From positions 248,001 to 312,000 of the forward strand of contig JAYWIR010000034.1 of the NCBI GenBank assembly GCA_036172245.1: a stretch of DNA of 64,000 bases, given 5' to 3'. The stretch is from Raillietiella orientalis (lineage: Eukaryota). The notes under the pieces are model-generated. The model was not told the origin of the DNA. It saw only the letters and a list, made by a program, of their open reading frames with translations, and ran no database searches. Positions 14,336 to 26,060 of the stretch are shown here, piece by piece. Within the stretch, counting starts at the first letter, position 1, and every line of letters begins with the position of its first letter. The position numbers and the translations under genes were made by a program.

Positions 14336-17300
14336 TTACGGAAGTGTGCAATCCTTATTTTAGAAAATTATCAGTCATGCCAGCTGCAAGCAATTGAATC
14401 TGAAATTTAGTTTATTTGTGTCTACCTGGGTAGCTCAATTATGTAGAATACGTTGCGGTGGTTCGTCTTGGGGTTACGACACCCAATTCTTGTACCAACT
14501 GAAATATTTGTGAAGGTAGCAGAATTGTACAACGGCATTACGTAGCTGATACCAACAGCCAATTTGAAAGACATGCAGAGCTTGTGTTCTGTATCTTTCG
14601 TGCATCGAGAAGTCAACGCAGAAGGTATGCAAGTAGTGTGCATTACTTAATGTCCCAACGGACGAATGAGAAGTTTGATCTTAGGTTAAAAAATAGCATG
14701 AATCTTGTAAGGGTTCAGGTGATCATGCTTGCGTGCTGCAAGTGAGAAAAGGAACGAACAGAGTGTTTCTGATACTGTTTGTGATACGAACAGAGTACAT
14801 CGGACATAACAGTTTGTTAACTGACTATTATGTTAACGTTTGGCCATAAAGTAGACGTCGTAATTCAAAAGATTTCACATGTTCATGTTTACATCAAATA
14901 ATAATGTCTGCAATATTGCAAAGTGTCCACGAATTAACCAGGAAAGAATCTGTACATGAAAATCTTTAAAAAATAGTCAATATGCAAATTGTTTAATTTC
15001 ATGTTAAAAACACCAAAGGCCCAGATGCATGTTTTTCTCTCATATGAATCTGAAATGCTGTACTATAAACGTGTATATAATGAGGCGGGATAATTCAAAT
15101 CTAATTGCAGATTTCCAAAATGGTTTCTAGAATATTGTTTTTCCTTGGGAATCTATATAAAAATAAATTACAGTTTTGTGGAAGTGGATTTAAATCAACT
15201 GTCTTTCAGCTTTGTAGAACACATTATTGGATTTTATTAAGTTATTTTAGGTATCAGGAGAGGCAGTCAGTGTGAGTAGAATTCATGAGATTTATTTATG
15301 CTCCTTTTTCACATGTTTGGATTTTTTTCTTAACCAAAGATCCTTTGACTACTTGAATTGATGTATAAAATTGGAATAAAAGATTTATGGATAAGTATCT
15401 AATATTGATTTCAACTTTATTCCGTAGGTTTGAAATGTGAATCTTTGTCTGCTGACACTATTTGCTTAGGATGCATTTCCAGTTTTTTTTTTCAGTTTCA
15501 GTAATTGGAAAGCTGAAGAAAGAGTAGGCATATAATGGTTCTTAGTAAAGAAAAACATGTATTATTAAGGAACAGTTGTTTTGCTTTTCCTTTTACTTTT
15601 GCATGTCTGTCTAGTTACAACCATTCATGCTATGTGAATGATACATCTTCAGAATATTCAATACCAAGTATACCTTTCAGTTCTATAAACTTTTGTATTT
15701 TATAAGATGTGGAACTGCGTGTGGGAATTGAGTTTTCATGTGCTGTTGGTTTTCCAGCACCTTTTAAGGATTATTGGAGGCTGTTAGCTGCAAATTGATA
15801 GCTTTTTTAAAAAATGTTCTTATGTTTTTGTGTAAAATTAAAGTTCATGTTGTTTAATCCTACCTCCAGGCAGCTTTTCAGTAAGATGAAGTTGAAGAGT
15901 ACTTTTGATTTAAGGAAAAGTATAATAAGTGCATTTTTTTTCAAATTAGCTTTGTTGCCAGTTAAACAAATTCACTATTTAAGTTCTTTTTCACTACTTA
16001 AAAGTAAAACTTCTAGTGACCTGTGCTCACATTTTATTTTATTTTTTTCCAAGACATGAGGGACAACAGCTGCACTTTATGAAAGCATTTAGGATTTTAT
16101 GCAATTTAATTCACTAAGCTTGCCTTCATGGCTATAGAGGCTTCATAATTGAGAGCTAAGATGTTTCAACATTAGCTTCTCCATGTTTACCATTTTTCAG
16201 TGAAAATCTGATTTACTGAATTTTTGGTTTTTGTTTCAGTGGAATGTATGGAAACAGTCGATTATATGATTTTGCATTGCCACAAATATAATTTATAGTT
16301 GTATGATTGAGAGTAATCACAATAAGTAACTGGTAATGTAGGAATTGGTATGAAAAGCATATTTGCCTTCTTTTGATGATGTGTCTAGCAATTCATTTCC
16401 TTTAAACTCAAGAAATGATACATGAAAAGATACATGTCCCAGCATTTGAGAATGTGATGAATTTCAGCTGTGATCTCATTTGTTTCAGATTTTCAGTAAG
16501 CAATGCAGGGGTGAGCATTGTATAATGCTCTTTTTTGGTTTTGCAGATTTGAAGTTTTAGCACAGTTTTGACTTACTGAAATTTAATCCATGAGTTGAGA
16601 TATCAGTTTCTGTTGTTTCTAATGCGTTTCCATTTTAGCAGTACTCCATAAGAAATGATTTTTGAATGCCAAGTTATTCTTTAGATTTGATAGAATTATT
16701 GGATGTCTCAGCTAGGCAAGCCAAGCTGGATGTCGCTGTTTTTTCTCATTCATCAAATCTGTAAACAAGGGAACAGAAAATGTTTTCCCATTAAGCTTTC
16801 AGAGAGCAAGTTTGTTTCTAAATACTGATATTTGATCTGTGAACAATTTTGATAGCACAGGTGAAAACTAACTAGTGTGCAGACATAACTAGTGTAGCCA
16901 ACTGTTTCAAAGTTGTGGGATTAGTGCTTTGTTTTGCAGCCAGACTTTGAATCTATTATTTTGAAGATATTTCAGTAACATGAAGTAAACATGACATGAG
17001 GTGTGATATGGTTAAGATTTATTATTTATAGCCTCCCAATAATCATCACTGACCACAAGTCTCTCTTTGCTCTAGTCTGTCATGTACTTCTGGATGTGCA
17101 TATGGCCTGTGTCCATTTTTTCTATGTGCTCTCTAGACCCTCTCTCATCCTAGCAAAAAATCCGCCTGTAGGCCATTCAGCTACACTAGTTTTTGCTGCT
17201 CGTGTTGTGTTGCATTAGTGTGCTTTTTATGTTGGTGTAATGATTTCCTGTTTTTATTTTGTTTATTGAGTTATTAACCCTTGTTCATAAGGTGTCAGAA

Positions 17301-17782
17301 ATAGCATAAGGTGTCAGACCATGTTTTGTGACTTGGTTGTGATCAGGATCATAACGTTATGTACGAAAGTGAAACTCAAACAATGGGCTCTTTTCCAGTA
17401 AAACTTGGCTTTTACTGGACGTGAAATTAGGTTTTTCGTGAACTAAGAAAACTGGCGAACTAAATGCAACTTTACAAGCGAGCAATTTAGCGGTTTGACA
17501 AGGACAAAAACGCAATGAAAAAAGTAGTGATTGTATTCTTCAGTATTTAAAAAGTTGTTTATCAAAGGATTTCCAGCAGCATTATTCAGCCCCAGGATGA
17601 AAAAAATCAAAAAATAAACATGCAACAAAAATCGAATCTAGAGAGTTGAACATGATGCAAGAGTGCACGACAGTTTAGTCGCTTTAATGCTACGCATTTA
17701 CTAACGACGGAACTTTAATGCAAGATTTGGTTTCCAGATGACAAACGATTGAATTCTTCCTGAGGGGCATCCCCACGGTGCC

Positions 17783-18223
17783 TCAGCTCTCGTTCACGGC
17801 CTGTAGCTTTCTCTGCAGAACGCCCAATTTCTTGTCGAGCATCATCATCCTCAGTTCGTAAAGCGCCATGGCGTCGCTTTTGGAGTTTTGCACCGCCAGC
17901 AGGCGGAGGCGGCCGCTCTAATGCCGGTCGCGGTAGAGAATGAGCTTGTGCGCCTCGTTTAGTCCCTCGGTGAGGTCGATCTGGTCCTGCTTAATGACAT
18001 CGATGGGCGCCGAGACCTAGCCGAGATTGAGATCGATCTTGGCGAGCTTCCCGCTGAAGTCGCTCATGCTAACGTCCATTCTGTCCTCGCCCTCAGGCAA
18101 CAGCTTAAACAGCCTCAGAGTGGACTCATGCAGCATCTCCAGGCCCATGATGACCAAGCCGAGGTTGTTCAGCTCGTTGGTGTTGATCACCGACTCTTCG
18201 ACCTTGTTGATGCGCGATGCTAG
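17783..18223 (-). pseudogene. GC3-rich coiled-coil-like reading frame, 147 codons, with two in-frame TAG
   Basis: Single frame LASRINKVEESVINTNELNNLGLVIMGLEML...DLNLG*VSAPIDVIKQDQIDL...RDRH*SGRLRLL...LDKKLGVLQRKLQAVNES(TGA). Strong G/C third positions, no frameshift, TAG at 18017-18019 and 17918-17920. Confidence 0.7.
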
Positions 18224-18516
18224 TCACTCTCAACGAGCCGGCGCCCTGAAAGTTATATTATAAGAAAAAACACAGTTATCAACTAAGTTATATGTGGACT
18301 AGATCCCTGTATTGATATGTTCTCGCAAATGACAGTTCTCAGTAAGGAAGAAAACTCAGTGAAAACCAAACATCCACGCTTATTGCTTCGTTGACTGTTT
18401 TGGAGGATGATACAGAACTCCAACATCTAAATTTTTTTTTTAAAAAAAACAGTTACATTTAGAATTAAGGTATTCAGCTCCTTGGTGATCCTGTGCTGCA
18501 GCAAAACTGAAGTAAT

Positions 18517-18552
18517 CAGTCCTACCGGCCTTCAGGAACGCCGGTAGGACTG
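18517..18552. repeat. Perfect hairpin, 13-bp stem and 10-nt loop
   Basis: cagtcctaccggc-cttcaggaac-gccggtaggactg. Confidence 0.95.
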
Positions 18553-19480
18553 CTCCAAAGATCTCTCCAGTTTCTCCTGGAGCATCTCAACCACAGACTT
18601 GAGATTTTTGTTCTCCTGCAGGCTCTTCATCTCGTTTCTGGCCAGCTGGCGCGTAAGATGGAAACTCGTCTTTATTCTGGAATCCCACTTTCACGTCAAC
18701 TTTGGTCTGCATAGGCTGCAGCTTGTGGAGCTTCTCGGACGCAGTGTTGCTGCTGTCTAGCCTCTTTGCGGGTTTTGGGTTCTCTTCGTAGTTTCTAGCG
18801 AGGAAAGGCACCGTTCTTCTGCGTTTTCAGCAAATGCTTTCGGTTGTCTACAGTTCTGTGACTGTTGATTAACTTCTGATTAACCTGGTATCCAGTCGAG
18901 ATAACCTTCTCTGCTTTCTTCTCCATCTGATCTTTCACAGCCGCTGCCGTCTCCCGAAAGATGGAGTTCGGCTACTTTCAGAGAGATCAAGCTGTTGATG
19001 ACCTTCGTTGGAACAATGCAATCGTCTGGAACTTTACTCGTGTTCTTCTCACTGACCTCTTGTCAGTGAGACCACCAAGCAGGCTACCGATTTAGTTGGC
19101 TCTGACTTGTCAGCGAAACGAAGCCGCAAACCGTGTTTTCTAGCACGTAAGGCCACTGGACAAACTTCTGGAAAGGTGTTGTCAACATCCTATTGGTGAA
19201 AGTACTGTCGATGAGGGAATTGACACCTTCCATGTGTGCAATGCGATACAGGTCTCAGGTGGAGTCGTAGGAAAGCTGGAGGTAAACGCTCAGATTAGAT
19301 GGTTCGGAAAAAAAAGTTCAGAATCCATTCAGGACAATGTGAATATCCAAGAGCCCAATGGCTGTTTGGTTTCCGGACAACTGCTAACTGTGATCTCCAG
19401 ATTGAAATTCGCCAGTGCCTTCTTGGATCTATGTTGGCCTGCGGTGGCCAATATATTGCCGAGGCCACAATATCAGAGAG
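18533..19480 (-). pseudogene. Frameshifted unknown gene with coiled-coil C-terminus
   Basis: Protein-like blocks in shifting frames: MEGVNSLIDSTF...YVLENTVCGFVSL; AAAVKDQMEKKAEKVIS; RQLARNEMKSLQENKNLKSVVEMLQEKLERSLEQSYRRS(TGA). Confidence 0.5.
19047..19071. repeat. Perfect hairpin, 10-bp stem and 5-nt loop
   Basis: tctcactgac-ctctt-gtcagtgaga. Confidence 0.9.
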
Positions 19481-20349
19481 TTAAGTGTAGGAAGATTACG
19501 GAAATAAAAAACAGAAACATGATTGATAAGAAACAAAAATAAAAAAAACAAGGGGAAATATAATACGGCTAAAATTTCAGGGTGAATGTATATTTCTCAC
19601 TGCTGGCTTTTCCTCTCTGAGCCAGTCACCAATAGAAATGCGCACATGTGAATACTCAAGGAATAAGTGTCAAGAGGCATGTCAAACTGGCGCATGCGAC
19701 TAATAAGATGACTAACAATGTGTGTAGATCATTTGAAGTATACATTACAGATAAGAAGTACTTTAACCATGAATAACATGAGTCAAATAATGCTGGCATT
19801 CACCATAAGTCAAATGGAGTACGAGTTCCACAACAGAGTATGGAATGGTCATTGCCGGCAGGGGAACAATGACGAATCACCTTCGGTGACACATGGAGGA
19901 TTACATGAGGTCTAAGGAGAGTATAGTCGAGTCAACTGCAGAGATCAGAAGATTCGGTGAACGAGTACCTACGAGAAATAAAAAGTTCCACTGTGAAATG
20001 TGAGCACTTGCTTTAAGCTTTAATTTCTCGAGTAAGTGGCATTGAAATAGGAAAGATGAAATGAGGAACAGTGGGAGATGTTAACTGAGATTGCTTGGTA
20101 TCTCTATTTCATCTGAATACCGTTGAAGATACTCCTAATTCACTAGAGGCACTACCTCTGGACCGAAGCCCACGGGAAGAGGAATCCAAACATATCAACC
20201 AGTTGAAGAATGCAGAAGGACTCCTTCGGGTAGCTGAATAAGATCCTCTATGGAGAGAACCGAAACACTATGGATATAGACTGTACACTGTGACCACTAA
20301 TAAGACAACAAGATGATCCATGAAAAGGGAAAGGGAAGGGAAGCGGAGA

Positions 20350-21080
20350 AAATACAACCCATAAGAATATTTAACACAATGGAAACAGGTAAATCACGGA
20401 GATTCAAGAAGAGGATTGATGTAAAGAACCACTGAGACAAGTTTATGATCCTCAAAGCAAAATTGTCAGAATTCTACAATTCCAAGGATGAATATTGAGA
20501 CCGCTCTGAATATAAGCTCCCCTAGTCCCACGGAAAGGTTTACGAGATCCTCGAACCTTAAGGGATGCCAACAAGGGCAGCGGTTCATTTAGTGAACAAA
20601 TACGAAGTACGGAAGCGATACCAGATCAACCGGCTGATGCTGATGCTAACAGTGAATGCATCAAGGGGTAAGAAGAAATTATATCTGACACAGACACTTT
20701 GCACTTGAGCTTGAAAGGAAAGCGTAAATCGATTTGTCAATGACAAAACAGATAATAATTAGAATGCGAGAAGTGATCTTAATTCCCCAGTGGACCTTAC
20801 GACTTTCAGAGTGGGCAAGGTAGACAGTACTCCATGAAAAATTTGCTTCCCTGGATAAGATGAAATAAGGAATCTCATACAAATGCTGGAAATTGCTAGA
20901 GCCAGAAGAGTAGGTGTTCGTTTCCATGTTCTAAGTATGCCTGCAGATGCAGGAAAAAGCCAGCGTATTGGCAGCACTCAATGACTATCCTGATTCCAAA
21001 GTCATCCTCAGCTTCAGGGGAAATAAGTGAGCAGATATAGAATAACGACAATAGGAAACTGCATGTATAGCCCATATGCA
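20350..21080 (-). mobile_element. L1-like ORF2 3' relic
   Basis: HMGY (YLG-like) near 21070; FSWSTVYL...WGI in ORF 20679..20927 resembles the post-RT W..VC.P...GGLG motif. Confidence 0.4.
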
Positions 21081-21099
21081 AAGTGTTCCTCTCAGAATC

Positions 21100-21880
21100 T
21101 TTGAAAGTGGATAATAGAAAACCAAGTCATTCCGCAGAAAAAAGAATTTTTCTCGTTTGATGGAGTCCTTGAACAGAATTCTGTGCTGCAGACAAGATAG
21201 CGCTGGGAGAGGAGGTCAGAATGTCATCTCAGGACATTTAAAGGGTCTTCAATGATTGGACTAACGCACTTGGTACAGTTCTAGAGAAACTTTTTAGTGG
21301 TGCCCTGCGGAAGTGTAAAGTGGAAGAGATTTTTAAGGACAGGTAGAAGTTCTCCACAAGGATGTTCATACCTTTGTGCAAGTCGGATCTCAAACAATAC
21401 ACAACGGAACATAACATCCACATTTTCAGAGAAGTGGAGGTCTCTTCTCAGCTTCCTCATCTTCAGTCTGGCCGTCGAACTCTTTCTCCGAGAGACACAA
21501 GAGCTTTTTGTGAAGGATTCCGTACTACCTACGCGGATGATCTGATGATGTCTAAACAAAGAATGGGTTTAGAGACACTTCCAGATGCTCCCCAAACTAC
21601 CAAACAAAGTTGGGCTTGTTCTGAAATACATTACATTCAGTGATCAATAGGAGATTTCGGACGTCACTGGAGGATGGGGATCTGAGACAGTCGTCAGAAT
21701 TCGAGACAGTTTCTCAGAATCCATAGAAAGAAGATTTAACAGATCAAGTGTTGACCTCATATCTGAAAAGTAGGCAGGCAAGCATCCGGCTTGGAAGAGG
21801 TGGCGTAGACTTTTGAAGAAAATGAAACGAAGATGATCGTTTGAGATGCAGCTTTTGATAGATCCTTCGGGAATGAAAAT
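21100..21880 (+). mobile_element. L1-like reverse transcriptase fragment
   Basis: Intact YADDL starting at 21530, preceded by LLSFLIFSLAVELFLR (PLS.LF.LA.E.L) and followed by GLVL (domain 6). Confidence 0.8.
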
Positions 21881-21889
21881 CACCTCGAG

Positions 21890-23024
21890 CCTGCGCACGA
21901 TCCAACGCGAGCATGGTTCTCTCCCATCACGACACGCCCGAACCAAGACAGGGTCACGTCCTCTGCTGAACAGCACCTCGTGCTAGGGCATCTCCTGCTC
22001 AATGCAACTCTCAAGATTCGACGACCACGGATTTACCCTCCTGGAGCAGCTAAGGACGCTGACTATGCGAAAGTGTACCACGCATGCGGCCGAGGGCAGT
22101 TGCTGGTTCGGCCACCGAGTCAACGACGCATGCAGGGTTACCAAGCGACGCGACGAAGTGCCGTTTCCAGGAGCAGGGATTCCAGGCTGCGACCAGATAT
22201 GATGCTCCAGGGCAAGGTAAGAGTGACCACACTGGGTGTCCGCCTTGCTCCAACGAATCGTCAGTCTCGGCAGTCCTCGGAAAGGAAACAACATGGCGCA
22301 AGGCAAAGGGGACAGGGACCGAGGACCGGCTCTGCATTTCGTGTCGAAAAGAGTGCCTGCGTCGAAGCGCATGACCGTGGCAGGGTTCCTGGGATCCGGA
22401 GAACGAGGACCGAGTGCGAGATGTTGAGCTTCCCGGGAGACGGATGGAGCGCGCAACAGGAGGAAACCGGCGTGCTCGGGCATGCACCACCACTGCCGGG
22501 ACGCATGCCGGAGGCATCCGTCGGATGGGCAGCCCCAGTGAGCGAGCTCCCGACGCCCGCAGCCTGGCCGTAAGAACATGACGGAGAGGGCAACTGGATG
22601 GTGGAGATAATGGAGGAATGCTGCCCGACATCGTTTGTTTGCACCCTGGGAGCGGCGAACAGCCAGACATGCTCGATAAAGGAGGGAGTCGATGGTTTTC
22701 CAAGCCTCCCGGATCTTTGTGGTTGCCCGTGGTGTCTGCGAATGTCCGAGTGAGGTTGCCCAGGCAGCCATCTGACGAATAGTTTCGAATTGCGCAACGA
22801 GAGAGCTCAAGTTCTCTGAGATAACGATGGAGTACATCAGGAGAGGAACTGTCTGCTCCAGCTTGCAATACTCCCAGGAGATCTGCTGGAACCACAAGGT
22901 GGGTTACCGGCCATGATAAAGCAATTTTCAAGAATGTCAGTCCTAGCATGGGGAGGGGATGAAGCAACGAGGTTGATCGCGGAGAAGGCTCGCTCCCGTT
23001 GTTGGTTGCAATACCCTCTGACAT
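21890..23024 (-). pseudogene. Tyrosine recombinase of DIRS/Crypton type, near full length, frameshifted
   Basis: Stitching ORFs 22050..23024 and 21983..22897 gives ALS..T, WEYCKLEQTVPL, VLHRYLRELELSRCAIRNY, AAWATSLG...P, LRAS-EL (about 22545-22562, one extra G), LTIRWSKAD..GHS (about 22225-22265), an HxxR-like remnant near 22000-22075 and GRDPVLVRA near 21935-21962. Confidence 0.72.
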
Positions 23025-23454
23025 CTTTTATAGATGAAAAATGTGAAGAACATTGAGTGAAAAGTAATGCTTGAAGGAATCTTCTAGAGTGCTTTCACAA
23101 TAAAAAAACCGGTTGTTGAAAAGCATTGCTTTAGATAGCTGAGAAACCGAGAACGGTGTGGAGAGTAAAATCGATGGCTATGCCTGATGCATTTCCGAGA
23201 TACTTGACCTCAGTTGGCGAGTTTCTTCAAGAAAAAAATTCATCAACTGAAGAACAATTCGGTTGTTATTTCATCTCTTCGACGTAGGTGAGCCACTAAT
23301 CTCGAGTATCATCTGTTTGCAGTGAGCCTTTTGTAGATAGTTGAAAGTAGTGATGCTCAGAATACCTATCAAGCGGTGATCATCCACATGCATCGAAAGC
23401 TAGTCGTGCATTTTTTCATTTCATGCTTGGGAGTTGCGATCCATATACAAATTG

Positions 23455-23952
23455 CTAGATTCCAAAAAAATAATCCATTTAAAGGCGACTCCAAGAAAAT
23501 ACTGGATGCCTCTCGGGCGAGGAGGAATTTAGAGATAACGCCATCATGCTTCCTGTTGAATGGCCCTTAGAGGCGATCATAATTTTCTTGTAAACACACC
23601 TTCTGCTTACGTGAATTTTCCGTGAGGCAATGAAAAGGAAAAACGTGTTCTGTTCCTTATTGGAACAGGGCATGCTTTTCTTTTCCATGATTTCCATCAT
23701 GCCAGATCATCTCGTGATTGGGACGAAACGGTATGTCTTCAGTGAAAACCACTGAAGATTTCTCATTATCGCTGATTGAAAGCCTAGATTCCAAAAAATA
23801 ATCCATTTAAAGGCCCCTCCAAGAAAATACTGGATGCCTCTCGGGAGAGGAGGAATTTAGAGATAACGCCACCATGGTTCCTGTTGAATGGCCCTTAGAG
23901 TCGATCATAATTTTCTTGTAAACACGCCTTCTGCTTACGTGAATTTTCCGTG
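23455..23952. repeat. Direct repeat, two copies of about 170 bp (23455-23624 and 23784-23952)
   Basis: Both run ctagattccaaaaaa...gtgaattttccgtg with only a handful of differences; 159-bp unrelated spacer. Confidence 0.97.
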
Positions 23953-25189
23953 GAGCGAAGGTTAGAGCGAAGGTTCCCTTCTTTTTCGATACCTTCAGCG
24001 TCAAAAGGGAATATCATGACAATCATTTATCGGTAATGATTGCTGATGGGCAAATTTACGCACTTTTGAGTTCTCCTTAACCATTTCACTTCAATCTATC
24101 ACGGCTACGTTTGTTTTGACTAGATGACTAGAAAGTGCCCGGAAAACGGGATTCTAATTAGAGTGATAACGTTGCATAGGTTAGCGAAATTCCAAGGTCA
24201 CACGCATCCAGTCATGATGACCAAGCTGTGATTTCCTGTCAAGTTAGTCCGCTAGGTTTCTGGTGAAAGAAAAAATAATAATAATAGAAGAAACAACTTT
24301 TCAGTAGTTAACACAGGAGGAACAGATTAAAAGTTTTGGATTAATTTTGATTCATTCAGCCTTCAGACATCTAACTGACCCAGGACGAGAAAATTTTCTT
24401 TTAGGGCATTGGTTTAGCAAAAAAGTATATTTGAGAACATGCAGTTTCGTCGAGTAGTCACATGCAATCAGTAGTGAATAATGCACTGTAACTTCAGATT
24501 TCCACTCCGAGTACATCTCTGCCTGAAATTAGCCTGGTTTTGCAAGATGGCTCATTATGGATCACTTCCCTATGCCTTCCGGTTTGCTCGCCCGATGAAT
24601 GATTGCATTTGTTCCCACGCAAAACTCCTGACTATTTTTCAGTGCTTATGCAATCAAAACATGGTGAATTAAAATTGAGCCGAATACATTAATCAAGAGC
24701 ACATTTGATAAACTCCCCGATTTGAAATACAGAAAACAGCACTCCTTTCAAATTACATAAAGTTGCGCATACGATTCTTCACAAAGCTCGTTTGGTTTTC
24801 GGTGAGATATTTCTTTAAGTAGACAGCGAGCATCTCTTTTCAATCTTCTTGTTTTATGAATACTATGGATCTTGCTCTCGAAAAAAATTTCTATCTGTCT
24901 TCTAGATTCAAAACCAGATACTCTGCCACGTTAGGTTTCATGAATAAATGAAATTTCTCAGAGAAAATATCCCGACATACCGAAGTCCTTACCAGAATTC
25001 CCAATCTCATAGGAAATCAATGGGAATGTGTTTACTTGATCGGATTTTGACTTCGTTTTTGGTCTCCGCTAATCCGAGTCTAGAGCTATTATTTGATTTC
25101 AGTTTCGACTTTTCGTTGGCTTTGGAGTCAGACGAAATTACTGCTACTTCTTGGATGGAGTGCATTTCTCATCTACGTAATCAGTCCAT

Positions 25190-25325
25190 CCCAATGGTTA
25201 GAGACAACTGAACGAGGGAATTCGAATCGGTATATATGTACAACAGCTCAAGTGGAAGATTTATGGTCCTCTGATCATGTTTGCCTGCGTTTTTACAGCA
25301 CCTTTAGGTTCGAATTCCTGTCAAG
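25190..25325 (+). other. Possible tRNA-derived remnant (Pol III A/B box-like pairs)
   Basis: ccaatggttagag then gaattcgaatc; agctcaagtggaaga (25245) then ggttcgaattcc (25307). No complete cloverleaf. Confidence 0.3.
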
Positions 25326-26013
25326 GAATTTCCAGAATTGCTTTGCAACAGCTTTATATATTTTTTCGCTGGATCCGAGGTGCGACAAAAAGTGAAGTTA
25401 TAATACCTTCTTAAAGCTCAATGAAGCTGTTTCTATTAGAGAAATAATCAATGCCATAATCCCTGTTTTCTTACATTCACTCTTACAAACAACGATCATT
25501 ATCTTTAAAAGATCTTTCAAATAATATTCACCTCTTATGTGAGAGTTTTCTACCCAGTGGATCCTGAGCCATTTCTTATGCTCCCGTTTTTTTCGACTAT
25601 GAGAACTGTTGATTCCATCACTCTGAATTCAGCAATGTCACTCAATGATTAGCATTTCTGACTGGTTATCAATTATCAATCATAATTCTAAACAGAAAGC
25701 TTTCCTTTAATGACCTCTACTATATTCTATTTTCGTGCAGTTTGGATGACTTCGATTGGGATTACATTGCGAATGATTCTAATCAAATGGGCTTCATAAA
25801 TCCCATTTGTTAAATATGAATTTTGAGCAAGAGTATTCGATACGAGAGTCAAGGTGTGAAGAATCAACACCACCGATACGTTTGCTTAGTTACTCATGCG
25901 AATCAGAAATAACTGAGGTTACTATATGGATCGTGGCTGGTTCCCTCGAAATGCCCAGTCTCCAAGAAACTTGTGCTGAAGCTTTTCTGTCCGCCTGCTC
26001 TCTTGGACTTACA

Positions 26014-26060
26014 CCTTTGTCTTCATTCTCAACAGCGTATGTTGAGAATGAAGACGAAGG
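26014..26060. repeat. Hairpin, 21-bp stem with one G-T pair, 5-nt loop
   Basis: cctttgtcttcattctcaaca-gcgta-tgttgagaatgaagacgaagg. Confidence 0.95.

Noticed and set aside
20350..21880. Twin-priming 5' inversion of one L1
   Set aside because: Geometry is suggestive, but the two opposed pieces seem to overlap by a few hundred bases of ORF2, so two insertions explain it as well.
22050..23024. 324-aa and 304-aa ORFs as intact genes
   Set aside because: YR motifs alternate between the two frames, so neither ORF is a functional protein.
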